Source: Isurus oxyrinchus
Taxonomy: Eukaryota
NCBI GenBank assembly: GCA_026770705.1
Contig: JANJGN010000007.1
Span: 96,410,001-96,474,000, forward strand
Direction: 5' to 3'
Length of the DNA stretch: 64,000 nt
The position numbers and the translations under genes were made by a program. The notes beneath the pieces were generated by a model, which saw only the letters and a program-made list of their open reading frames with translations, was not told the origin of the DNA and ran no database searches. Each line of letters starts with the position of its first letter. The first letter of the stretch is position 1. Below, in pieces: positions 51,852-63,504 of the stretch.

Positions 51852-54590
51852 AGAGGCGGTGACGCAGTGGTTATGTCATTGGACTAGTTAACCTGATGTC
51901 CAGGCTAAAGTATTGGGAATGCGAGTTCAAATCCCACCGCTGCAGCATTTATTAAAACCTGGAATCAAAATTGTCGAAAAAAACCCCTGCACTTAGGGAA
52001 GGAAACTGACTCTGCTCCACGTGCGACTTCAGACCCACACTGGTTGACTCTCAAATGCCTTCTGAAATGTTCAGTAAGCCACTCAGCAGTATCAAACTGC
52101 TGAATGTCAAAGAGAACTGAAACCTGACGGACCACTCAGCGTTGACCTAGGCACTCGACAACAGCAAACACAGCCCTGTCGATCCCGCAAAGTCTTCCTT
52201 ACTAACTTACGGGGGCTATTGCCAAAATTGGGAGAGCTGTCTCACAGATCGGTCAAGCAACAGCCTGACTCAATCATACTCACGGAATCATACCTTACAG
52301 ATAATGATCCAGACACCACCATCATCATCCCTGGGTATGTCCTGTCCCACCGGCAGGACTGGCACAGGAGAGGTGGCGGCACAATGGGATACAGTAGGGA
52401 GAGTGTTGCGCCAAGAGTCCTCAACATTTAGTCCTGACCCCATGAAATGTGTTGACATCAGGACAAACATGGATATGGAAGCAACCAGAGCCAACGCCTC
52501 CATGCCCCACCTCAGCAATGGTTCAGTACTCCTCCATGTTCAACACCAACTGAAGGTGCCAGGGCACAGAATTTATTCTGGGTGGGGGACTTCAATGACC
52601 ATCACAAAGAGTGGCTCAGTAGCACCGCTACAGACTGAGCAAGCTGCGTCCTAAGGACATAGCTGTTATATGGGGTCTGTGGCAGAAGCTGAAGGAGTTA
52701 TAAAGAGGCAAGGAAAACCTAAATGGTCTCGTATATACCAATCTACATGATGCAGATGCATATGTCCAATACAGTATTGGTAGGAGTGACCAATGCACAA
52801 TCCTTGTGGAGTCCAAGTCCCGTCTTCACATTGTTGTCTGGCACTAACACTGTGCTAGATGGGATAGATTTAAAACAGATCTAGCAAATCAAGATTGGGC
52901 ATCCACGAGGCACTGTGGGGCATCAGCAGCAGAATTGTACTCAAACACAGTAGATAACATCATGACTCAGCATATCCTGCACTTTATCTAGCTGGGTGAT
53001 CAACCCAGGTTCAATGAAGAGTGCAGGAGAGCATGCCAGGAGCAGCACCAGACATACATAAAAATGAGGTGAAAACCTGGCGAAGCTTTAACACAGGTCC
53101 TCTTACATGCCAGTGAAAACAGCATGTGATAGACAGAGCTGAGCAACCCCACATCAAACAGATCCGATCTAAGCTCTGTAGTCCTGCCACACCCAGTCGT
53201 GAATGGAGATGGACAATTAAAAAACTTTTTGGAGCAGGAGACTCCATAAATATTCTCATCTTTAATTATGTGGGAAAAACGAGAACATCAGTGCAAAAGG
53301 CAAAACTGGAGCACTTGAAACCATCTTTAGCCAGAAGTGCCGAGTGGTTAACTCATCTTGGCCTCCTTCTGACGTCCTAGCATCACAGATGCCAGTATAC
53401 ATCCAAGTCGATTCACTCCATGTTACATCAAGAAACGACTGCTAATACTTGATACTGCAAAGGCTATGGGGCCTGACAACATTCTGGCAGCAACACCTGA
53501 ACACTTGTGCTCTAAAACTAGCTGTGCCCCTAGCCAAACTGTTGCAGTGCAGCTACAACACTGGCATCTACCAGGAAATGTGGAAAATTGCCCAGGTTTG
53601 TCGTCCACAAAAAGCAGACAAATCCAAACCATCAATTATGCATCATCAGTCTACTCTCGACATCAGCAAAGTGATGGAAGGAGTTGTTGACAGTGCTGTC
53701 AAGCAGCACTAACTCAGCTTTATTCACTGACGTTCAGTTTTGGTTCTGCTAGGGCTTCATTACAGCCTTGGTCCAAACATGGACAAATGAGATGAACTCA
53801 AGTGGTGATGTCAGAGTGACGCCCCTCGATATCAAGGCAACATTTGACTGAATGTGGCATCAAAAAGCCCCTAGCAAAACTGGAGTCAATGGGAATCGTG
53901 GAAAGCTCTCCGCTGGTCGGAGGCATACCTAGAAAAAAGGAGAATGATTGTGGTTGTTGAAGATCAATCATCTCAGCTCCAGGGCATCGCTGCAGGAGTT
54001 ACTCAGGGTAGTGCCCTCGGCGCAACCAACTTGCTGCTTCATCAACAACCTTCTTTTCATCATAAGCTCAGAATTGGGGATGTTCACTGATGTTTGCACA
54101 ATGTTCAATGCCATTCATAACTCCTCATATATTGATATAGTCCTTGTCCACATGCAAAAAGACCAGGTCAACATTGAGGCTTGGGCTGAAAAGTGGCAAG
54201 TACCAAGTACCAGGCAATGACCATCTTCAATAATACAGGATCTAATCATCTCCCCTTGACATTTAAAGGCATTATCAGAGGCAAGCACAATGTCAACTTC
54301 CTGGGGGTAACCATGACCAGAAACTGAACTGGACAAGCTTTACAAATACAACGGCTACAAGAGCAGGACAGTGGCTAGGAATCCTGCTGTGAGTAACCCA
54401 TCTCCTGACTCCCCAAAGCCTGTCCAACATCTACAAGTTAGAAGTGTGATGGAATCATCTCCACACACCTGAGGAGCCCAGCTCCCACAGTACTCAAGAA
54501 TCCTGACACCATCCAGGACAAAGCAGCTCACTTGATTGGCACCACATCCACTACCTTAAACATTCCTTCCCACCATCACATCCAGTGATG
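51852..54590 (+). mobile_element. LINE (APE + RT remnants) beginning with a tRNA-like head
   Basis: Head gaggcggtgacgcagtggtt...gagttcaaatccc, then APE QQPDSIILTESYL...RRGGG, KAMGPDNI and RT MFTDVCT remnants. Confidence 0.8.
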
Positions 54591-54711
54591 CAGAAGTGCA
54601 TTGCCATGCATTTGTGTGGCTTGGGTGTCACTTCCCATTTATCAGCCGAAGCCTGAATGTTCACCAGGTCTTGTAGCTTATGGGCAAGGTCTGCTTCAGT
54701 ATCCGAGGGCA

Positions 54712-56915
54712 TACAAACCTACAAATCAGAAACAGAGGTAGCGCATTCAGTCCCTCGAGCCTGCTACGCCATGCAATATGTATGAATTTGGCCTCAACTC
54801 CACATTTTCGCCTACCTCCAATCTCCTTTCACTCTCTTCTTAGTCAAGAACCTATTTACCTCTGTCTTAAGTTATTCAGTGGCCCTGCTTCCACCGGTCT
54901 CTGGAGAAGAGAGTTTCAAAGAGGAATGACCCTCTGAGAGAATGAAATCTTCCTCGTCTCCCTCTTAAATGGGAAACCCCTTATTTTCAAACTGTGTTTC
55001 CTATTTCTACTCTCTCCACAAGAGGAAACATCCTTTCAGCATTCACCCTATCACGTCTCCCCAGGATCTTATATGTTTCAATATGATCACCTCTCATTCT
55101 TGTAAACTCCAATGGCGCAGCCTATACAAACTTTTCTCATAAAATAACCCCTCCCTGCCCGACCACCACCACACCCACGCCCCCCCCCCCCCAATCCCAG
55201 GTATCAGTCGAGTGAACCTTCCTGAACTCCTTCTAATGCATTTATGTCCTTTCTTAAATAAGGAAACCATGACTGTCCACAGCATGCAGATGTGTTCTCA
55301 TCAATGCCCTGCACAACTGTAGCAAAACATCCTTACTTTTTATATTCCATTCCCCTTGCAATAAAGGACAACATTCCATTTGCCTTCTTAATCACTTGCA
55401 TACCTGCAAATTAACTTTTTGTGATTCATGTACCAGGGCACCCAGATACCTCTGCGCTTCAGATTTCTGCAATCTCACCATTTTCTCCATTTCTATTCCT
55501 CCTAACAAAGTGAACAAATTCACATTTCCCCACATTATACTCCACCTGCCAAAATTTTTCCCACTCACTTAACCTGTCTATGTCCTTTTACAGGCTCCTT
55601 ATATCTTTGTCACATCTTATTTTCCTATCCATCTTTGTGTCATCAGCAAATTTAGCTACCATATATTCGGTCCTTTCAGCCAAGTCATTGGTATGAATTG
55701 TAAAATTTGAGGCCCCTGCACTGATCCATGTGGCACCCCAATCACCATATCTTCCCAACCCAAAAATGATGCATTTATGTCTAATCTCTGTTTCTTGTTA
55801 GCTAGCCAATCTACTATATGTGCTAATATGTACACCTGCACCCTACACCAGGGCTTGGCCTAAATAGCCAAGTGGTTATGGTGCTGGGCTTGTAACCCCA
55901 AGATCAAGAGTTCAAATCTCACAATGGCAAGCTATGAAACAATGTAACTTCATCTGAATAGGAACAGATGGAAACGTGTTTGTACTCAAAAGAGTTACAC
56001 CCTATATTAGGGCTTGGCTTAAATAGCCAAGTGGTTATGGTACTGGGTTTGTAACCCCAAGATCAAGAATTCAAATCTCACAATGGCAAAACTATGAAAC
56101 AATGTAACTTCATCTGAAACAGATGGAAACGGGTTTGTACTCGAAAGAGTTACACCCTACACCATGACCTCTTAATTGTGCTCGGTGGGCACCGCGGGGA
56201 CTGGGGTGTTTTCTTGACCCCTTTAATCACATTTTGATTTAAAGTTTGTAAGTTTCCTTTAAACTTTGTTCTTGGTTTTACGGCTGGCCTGAATTAGGGG
56301 CTGTGCCTGATTTATCCCGATTTTGTTGATTTGTTTTTCATTTAAAAGATTATCAAGAGCTCAAATCTCACAATGGCAAACAATGTAACTTCATCTGAGT
56401 AGGAACAGATGGAAACATGTTTGTACTCGAAAGAGTTACAGACTAATTGATATACTCGAAAGAGTTACACCCTACACCAGGGCTTGGCCTAAATAGCCAA
56501 GTGGTTATGGTACTGGGTTTGTAACCCCAAGATCAAGAGTTCAAATCTCACAATGGCAAGCTATGGAACAATGTAACTTCATCTGAATAGGAACAGATGG
56601 AAACGTGTTTGTACTCAAAAGAGTTACACCCTATACTAGGGCTTGGCTTAAATAGCCAAGTGGTTATGGTACTGGGTTTGTAATCCCAAGATCAAGAATT
56701 CAAATCTCACAATGGCAAACTATGAAACAATGTAACTTCATCTGAAACAGATGGAAACGGGTTTGTACTCGAAAGAGTTACACCCTACACCATGACCTCT
56801 TAATTTGTGCAATAACCTTTGATGTGGCACTTTGTCAAATGCCTTTCGAAGTCTAAGTACAGCAGAGCAACAGGTTCCCCTCCATCCACATTACTTGTTA
56901 CTTCCTCAAAGAATC
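54712..56915 (-). mobile_element. Decayed CR1 LINE interrupted by tandem array
   Basis: CR1 3'UTR at ~54720 and WLANKKQR...GVPHGSVQGP. The LINE sequence resumes after 56792. Confidence 0.75.
55839..56792 (+). repeat. Tandem array of ~155-159-bp tRNA-Thr(UGU)-like units (4 full + 1 partial)
   Basis: Units start at 55851, 56010, 56480 and 56639, with a partial unit at 56352-56440. Each full unit has TAGCCAAGTGG, TTGTAA and GAGTTCAAATC or GAATTCAAATC. Confidence 0.9.
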
Positions 56916-58019
56916 CCTTACAGAGTAACGAATGGTACTGTGCATTGTGGAGGTTCAGCGAGTGTGCAATCTACAAGATGCAATGCAACAACTCACCAAA
57001 GCTCCTTGGCAGCACTTCCCAAACCTGCAACCTCTACCCACTAGACGGACAAGGGCAGTAGATGCATAGGAACAGCACATTTGCGAGTTCCCCTCCAAGC
57101 CAGACACCATCCTGACTTGGAAATATATTGACATTCCTTCACTGTCAGAGTCAAAATCCTGGAAATCCCACCCTAACAGCACTGTGGGTGTACCTACACC
57201 ACATGGATTGCAGCAGTTCAGCTCAGCTCACCACCACTTTCTCAAGGGCACTTAGGGATGGGCAATAAACGCTGGCCTAGCCAGCAATGCCCGCATCCTG
57301 TGAAAGAATAAGGCAAGTCAGTTTTATGAAACAAATTTAAAATGCTGAATTTCTCTTATGTTTAAAGAAACACCTCGGGCTTGATGTATGGTGGTCCCTT
57401 GGGTACATTATTGGTTAAGTGCTAAGTAGCAGAATGTAGTGGTAAAATGATATTTTTGAATGGATCAGGGTTCAAGATTAGAACCAATGCTTTACTTGAT
57501 ATGAGGAGTACAATTTGAAGAGTATTAATTATACAACATTGGTAATGCAGTAAATTATTACAAAGATAGTGAGAGATTTTGGTAATACATAAACTAGAGA
57601 GTAGGGTCACAAATGGTAAGTGCAATTTAATGCAGGCAAAAATTAAGTGTGCAGTTTGTGTGAAAAAATATCGAGGGATGATAATCTGAGGAGCATACTA
57701 AAGCAAAGATAACTAGGAATGAATGGATTAAAAAAATAACTAGGTGCATATAAATCTTTCAAGGTGGCAGGGAAGTTGACAAGTCGATCAAGGAAGCTTT
57801 TGGGAAATTAACTTTACAATAGAAGCATTGAACCATGTTAAATTTTAGAAATATCTGGTTAGTTCTCAGCTAGTGCATTGCATATAATTAATTTTAGGAA
57901 GGGTGTGAAAGCCTTGGAAAAGATGACAGATAATGTTATCCAGGCATTACAGGGTTAAGGATCTTCAACTGTGTTGAGAGATTGGAGAAGCTGTGATGCT
58001 GTGAATACATGAGATTAAG

Positions 58020-59623
58020 GGGATATCTAATCAAGGTATTTGAAGAATATTAAGGTGGATGAATCCCCAGAGCCACATTGGATCTACCCCAGAGTACTGA
58101 GGGAGGCAAGGGAGGAGATTGCTGGGGCCTTGACAGAAATCTTTGTATCCTCACTGGCTACGGGTGAGGTCCCAGAGGACTGGAGAATGGCCATTGTTGT
58201 TCCATTGTTTAAGAAGGGTAGCAGGGATAATCCAGGAAATTAGAGGTGGGTGAGCCTTACATCAGTGGTAGGGAAATTATTGGAGAAGTTTCTTCGTGAC
58301 AGGATTTACTACTATTTGGAAGCAAATGGGCGTATTAGTGAGAGGCAGCATGGTTTTGTGAAAGGGACATTGTGTCTCAATAACTTAATCAAGTTTTTCG
58401 AGGAAAAGACAAAGATGATCAATGATGGAAGGGCCGTGCATGTAATATACATGGATTTCAGTAAAGCCTTTGACAAGGTCCCTTATGGCAGACTGGTACA
58501 GAAAGTAAAGTCGCATGGGATCAGAGATGAGCTGGCAAGATGGATACAGAATTGGCTTGGTCATAGAAGACAGAGGGTAACAGTGGAAGGGTGCTTTTCT
58601 GAATGCAGAGCTGTGAAAAGTCGAGTTCCGATGAGATCAGTGCTGGGATCTTTTCTGTTTGTAGTATACATAAATTATTTGGAGGAAAATGTAACTGGGC
58701 TAATTAGTAAGTTTGCAGATGACACTATGGTTGGAGGAGTTGTAGATAGTGAAGAGGATTGTCAAAGGATACAACAGGATATAGATCAGTTGGAGACTTC
58801 GGCAGAGAAATGGCAGATGCAAATTAATCCAGACAAATGTGAGGTAATGCATTTTGGAAGGTGTAATACAGGCAGGAATTATACAGTAAGTGGCTGAACC
58901 CTTAAGTGCATTGATGGGCAGAGGGATCTGGGTGTACAGGTCCACAGATCACTGAAAGTGGCAACACAAGTGGATAAGGTAGTCAGGAAGGCATGTGGCA
59001 TGCTTGCCTTCATTGGCAGGGGTACTGAGTATAAAAGCTGGGAAGTCATGCTGCAGCTGTATAGAACCTTGGTTAGGCCACACTTGGAATATTGCATGCA
59101 ATTCTGGTCACCACGGTTCCAGAAGGATATGGAGGCATTGGAGAGGGTGCAGTGGAAGTTTATCAGGATGCTGCCTGGTCTGGAGGTTATTAGCTATGAG
59201 GAGAGGTTGGAGAAACTCAGATTGTTCTCACTAGAGTGACGGAGATTGAGGGACAACTAGATAGAGGTTTACAAAATTATAAGTGGCATGGACAGAGTAG
59301 ATAGTCAGAAGCTGTTTCACAGGGTGGAAGAGTCAATTACTAGGGGACATCTATTTAAGGTGAGAGGACAAATCTTTAGGGGAGATGTGCAGGGCAAGTC
59401 TTTTACGCAGAAGATAGTAAGTGTCTGGAATTCGCTGCTAGAGGAGGTAGTGGAAACAGGTACGATGGTGTTTAAGAGGCAGCTTGACAAATACATGAAT
59501 AGGATGGGAATAGAGGGATACGGAACCCGGAAGTGCAAAATGTTTTATTTGACGGACAATATGATCAGCGCAGGCTTGGAGGGCCGAAGGGCCTGTTCCT
59601 GTGTTGTACTTTTCTTTGTTCTT
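58020..59623 (+). mobile_element. Relatively young 5'-truncated CR1 LINE in gene A intron 3
   Basis: ORFs 58040..59668 with QHGFVKG, YMDFSKAFDKV, SKFADDT and LVRPHLEYCMQFWSP, ending in a (ttctttg)n tail. Confidence 0.95.
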
Positions 59624-59988
59624 TGTTCTTTGTATGCAATGTTACGAAAGGTTTATTTGATCAAGTAGGGAGCAACTGTTCTCCAAAAACTGGGTCTTAA
59701 TTTGCAGTCATAGATCTAAAGCAACTGGCAAAATAAAATGTGAGGGGATGTGAGCAGAATTATTTTCTCACCTGAGGTTAATGTTTAAAACATACAATCT
59801 GAAATGTTGTTGGAAGAAATTTATGTCGGGGTTTTTCGAAGACAATTGGACATGTAGGCTAAGGAAATTGATTTGCAGGGTTGTGGGAGAAAGGCTGCTG
59901 AGAGGGTCAAAAGAGGCTGCGCAGGAAGGCTGGGCTAAATGGCCTTTTCCGAAGCTGTAAATTTCTATTTCTATATCAGAACTCTTAC

Positions 59989-60300
59989 CTTTGTTGGGGT
60001 TGGTGAAGATATGAGTGGCTATGGCTGAAATTTGCAGCGCACTGTGAGAGACCAGACAGGTATAGACAGTTGTGGTCCGGACAGGCCGCGTCTCTTGCAA
60101 CCGGCTAGAAGCTTCATAAAGCCCATTGGTGTTGAGTTTAATTATGGTACTTATTCCTGTTATAGTTTTCTTGCCATATTTATACCAAGTGAAGCTGATA
60201 TTCTCCGGGGAGAAAGGAGATGTCGCACACAGAACAGTCAGAGGCGCAGAAGAATCCTTTTCAAGTTGCTGAGTGTTAATTTTCAGTGGAGTTGGAGGAA
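59989..60300 (-). CDS. Gene A exon 3: Ig C1-set domain
   Basis: 312 nt, phase 1/1, tttttctag| and AAAG|gtaaga. Open frame VPPTPLKI...LTVLCATSPFSPENISFTWYK...GLYEASSRL...VYTCLVSHSAL, with C1 hallmarks CxxxxFxP, W and YxCxVxH. Confidence 0.93.
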
Positions 60301-60319
60301 CTAGAAAAATGAAGAATCG

Positions 60320-60780
60320 AAAAACTTCTATTTATACAGCACCTTTTACCACTACCGGAGGACTCAAAGCGTTTTACAGCTAATAAAGAACATTTGATGC
60401 GCAGTAATGAAGAAGATTTTGGAGCCAATCTGTGAACAGGAAACTTCCACAAAGAGCAACATGATCATGGCCAAATAATCTGTGTTCTGTGATGCTGTTT
60501 AACGGATAAAGGTTGGTCAGGACATGAGGGATTACTCCCCTGCTCTTCTTCAGAATAGTGCCATGGGATCTTTCACATCCACCTTAGAGCAGAGAGAGCC
60601 TAGGCTTAATGTATCACCCGGGAACTGCACCTCCGGCATTGCAGGACTCCTGGAGTATTGCACTGGAGCGTCAGCCTTGATATTTGTGCTCAGTATGGAG
60701 TGGGTCCTGGAGTGGGTCCTGGAGGCCAAGATTCTTGTGCCTCAGAAGAGGCGAGTGTGCTATCAACCCAACTACAGTTA
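60320..60780 (-). mobile_element. Deu-domain SINE in gene A V-C1 intron
   Basis: Deu core present. Paralogous position to 9905-10670. Confidence 0.7.
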
Positions 60781-61715
60781 ATACCATCAATCAGGGTTAC
60801 TAGCCAAACATTTTCCAGTCTATTCCTGGCCGCATGGCCTGGAGTAGGGCGGCTGGGGGCATTGTGTTCAGTTAATGTTATCAGTACTTACATTCTAAAC
60901 GACATTTACACGTCTCACTACTCTTTGGTTGTAATTTGAAATGTTATCGCCGAGCGAAGAAAAACAGAGCAGGCGGGTGATCGCATGCGTAGCCCGTTAA
61001 AAACTCCACCCAATTTTCCATTCAAATGGGAAAGAAATTTGAACGGGATGTGATTTGGACTGTTGGGCTGTTTTGCCGTTCGGCTGTAGGCCAATTTCAC
61101 TCCGTTGAATCTAAAATTTGAATCGGAAGTAGAATTGACCAAGTTAGCGGGAATTCGACACCAAGGTCCCGGATGATGTCATATTTGATGGAGTCCGAAA
61201 TGATGAGGAAAAGGAGGCGAGGCGGTTAGTTCAAATTACACAGTGTGAACTTTAACCATTAGTAATGCGCGCTTAAGATATTGTCCATTAACTTATGAAT
61301 ATGGAACATCTGATCTCAATAGAAGAGTCCAACACCCCCGCCCCGACCCCGGCGTAAGCAACGTAGCAAATTATGAAATAGAATAAGGATAGCATATTTC
61401 CTTTCTCAAGATCCGCACTAGTGTCCAATACTGTCCAGATATGCACCTTTAGCAACTTGGGGATTTTAACTTCAATGGTTTGTTGCATACACGTTGGGAT
61501 ACAACAATTAACAGATGATGCTTGATCAATATTTGTCAAATATTGTGATATGCGTTAACATGTAACATGCAGCAGTCACAAGTGCAATTTGAATTTATAC
61601 ATATTACTCGTGGCATTTAATTTACAATTTGAATCCCTCAAAGCACAATCGAGAAATGTTTAGGTGTGAAATATGACAGTTAGAGGGACCTCATTAGCCT
61701 TTTTGTTCTACTTAC

Positions 61716-62036
61716 CTCCCACGGATAAATTGGACCCCGTTCCGTTTCCAACCGTTTTGCTTCGATGGGTGACAGTACAATAGTATATTCCTGCATCCTG
61801 CACTCTCACATTGATTATTTGAAGAAAGCCGCTGAATTTAGTCTTGAAGCCAATCACTTTCCTGTCATTTTGTCCCGTTGTGAGATATTGATTATCTCCC
61901 TTTTTCCACCAGTAAACATTGACACGCGGACCGTCTTGAAATAAAGGAACCGAGCAATGGAAGGAAACGTTTGTGCCGGTGTTTGTGTTCACACTCTCGG
62001 GGAGCTGAGTGACTTTGACTGACTTTTCACCGGAAC
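61716..62036 (-). CDS. Gene A exon 2: VJ-type Ig V domain
   Basis: 321 nt, phase 1/1, acceptor ccccatag| and donor GGAG|gtaagt. Motifs VTQxP, FHC, YWWK, FLQIINVRVQDAGIYYC, and J-like G strand [10 protein letters not shown]. Confidence 0.95.
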
Positions 62037-62191
62037 CTATGGGGAAAGATAACAATGATACCGTATTACAGGAGGGAAAACGCGAGGCTTAGGGGCTCAG
62101 GCATTAACTGGAAAGGAGAATAAAACATGTATCACAAGAAAGTTAAATCAAAATGCGATTCATAGAGAAAGCAATGTATAATAGCAGATAC

Positions 62192-62246
62192 CTGTGAAGA
62201 TGATCCCCAGAATAGCGAGGCACTGAGTGACAACATTCGCCAGCAT
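62192..62246 (-). CDS. Gene A exon 1: signal peptide (MLANVVTQCLAILGIIFT-G)
   Basis: ATG at 62246, 18 codons + 1 nt, hydrophobic core, donor CAG|gtatct in phase 1. A 155-bp intron joins it in frame to the V exon. Confidence 0.85.
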
Positions 62247-62527
62247 TCTGAACCAGTTGACCAGTCGGAGCGACAGACCATGAACTGGCTGATAGTTTGT
62301 AAGGAGCCTGGGGAGGCGGAGAATAGAAAGCGTCACAATGAAGGCGTAAACATCCTGTCTTTGAGCTGAGAACATGTCATTTCTTTCCCTTTGGTGAGAT
62401 TTGCTGAAACTGTATATCTGCCAGAAGAGGCCACAGCTCACAACTTGAGTTTTTTCTATTCAGCTGGTCCGACCTCACCCTCCTGCCTTGTGGAAAGCCT
62501 GGGTGAAAAGCGTTCTGTGCATATAAT

Positions 62528-62615
62528 TTCCCAGGAGTTCCCTGTTGGGGTGGTTCCCAGGAGTTCCCGGGTGGGCTGTTTCCCAGAAGTTCCATGTCGG
62601 CAGTCTTTCGGGGAA
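62528..62615. promoter_or_regulatory. Array of four GAS/STAT-like sites upstream of gene A
   Basis: TTCCCAGGA (62528), TTCCCAGGA (62554), TTCCCAGAA (62580), TTCGGGGAA (62607). Period is 26-27 bp, about 280-370 bp upstream of the ATG. Confidence 0.4.
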
Positions 62616-63504
62616 ACTGGGGTAATGGCTAATTTGGGCCGTTGCCAGTTTGTGCAGAGTTTGCGTTGATGGTCCGGCTAAGATAAGGCAGGAAATTGTG
62701 AGAATTGCAGCAAAATGACCTTAAGTATCCTACATCATTTTAGACGACACAGGGGAAATGTTTAGAAGCGTAAAGTCGAAATTGTGGAAGAGTTGAAGCA
62801 CATGACCCCTATATTTAGCGATATACGCCAGGTCTCTCGCTGGAGCATGAGACATTGTAGGAAACCCAACGACGGTGCAGCATGCTGTATGGTGATTCAT
62901 GCTGTTTCTGTGTCACTTTCCAATTTGATCATTGCTAAAAGTAACCAGGTAGACTACCAATAACCATCAGGTCAAGCGTCTGTGATTGTATTACTAAAAT
63001 AATTTCAGCAATGCCGACCTTTTCATGTTTCATCCGTTACTGTGAATGTCTCTGCTGTTCCTCAGTAATCAGAGTCGAGAGCAGTTTGGGTGAAGAGTGG
63101 TTTTTCCTGCTGCAGAATTTAATGACTTGCAGATTCAAGCAACAGCGGCAGAGGCACCAAATCATTGTTTTCGCCATTGTGAAGAGGAAAGTTTACTAAA
63201 AAAAAACCTCGGGCATTTGTGCAGGAGAACAAAGAGGCGCCAGGTTCCTTGCTGCATTTATTTATCAAAGGCAAGGGCAGGAAGGGAGAAATGTTTGGGA
63301 GAGAACAACAGTGTTCAAAAGAGAAAGGAACACGGACAATAGAAGCTGTCCAGGACAGTCATTATATAAAATATCATCCGTTCCCACCAGTTGAAGTGTA
63401 GGAGGACAATAGCCTGGATTTTAATGTCGGGGAAAAAGAACGAGTCTCACAGTTCATTCGGCTTACAGTTGTCCACAGTTTTCGTGAGTTGCGCGTTACA
63501 AACG

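Noticed and set aside
55839-56792. CRISPR array or functional tRNA gene cluster
   Set aside because: Eukaryotic context with near-identical long units and no unique spacers. The acceptor stem pairs poorly (GCCTAAA vs CAATGGC), so these are tRNA-derived rather than tRNAs.
8562-62246. Rearranging Ig or TCR locus
   Set aside because: V and J-like strands are in one exon, and no heptamer-spacer-nonamer was found at V ends. Isolated CACAGTG (11173, 61240) lack a nonamer. Gene A has ITIM/ITSM and no TCR-type charged TM.
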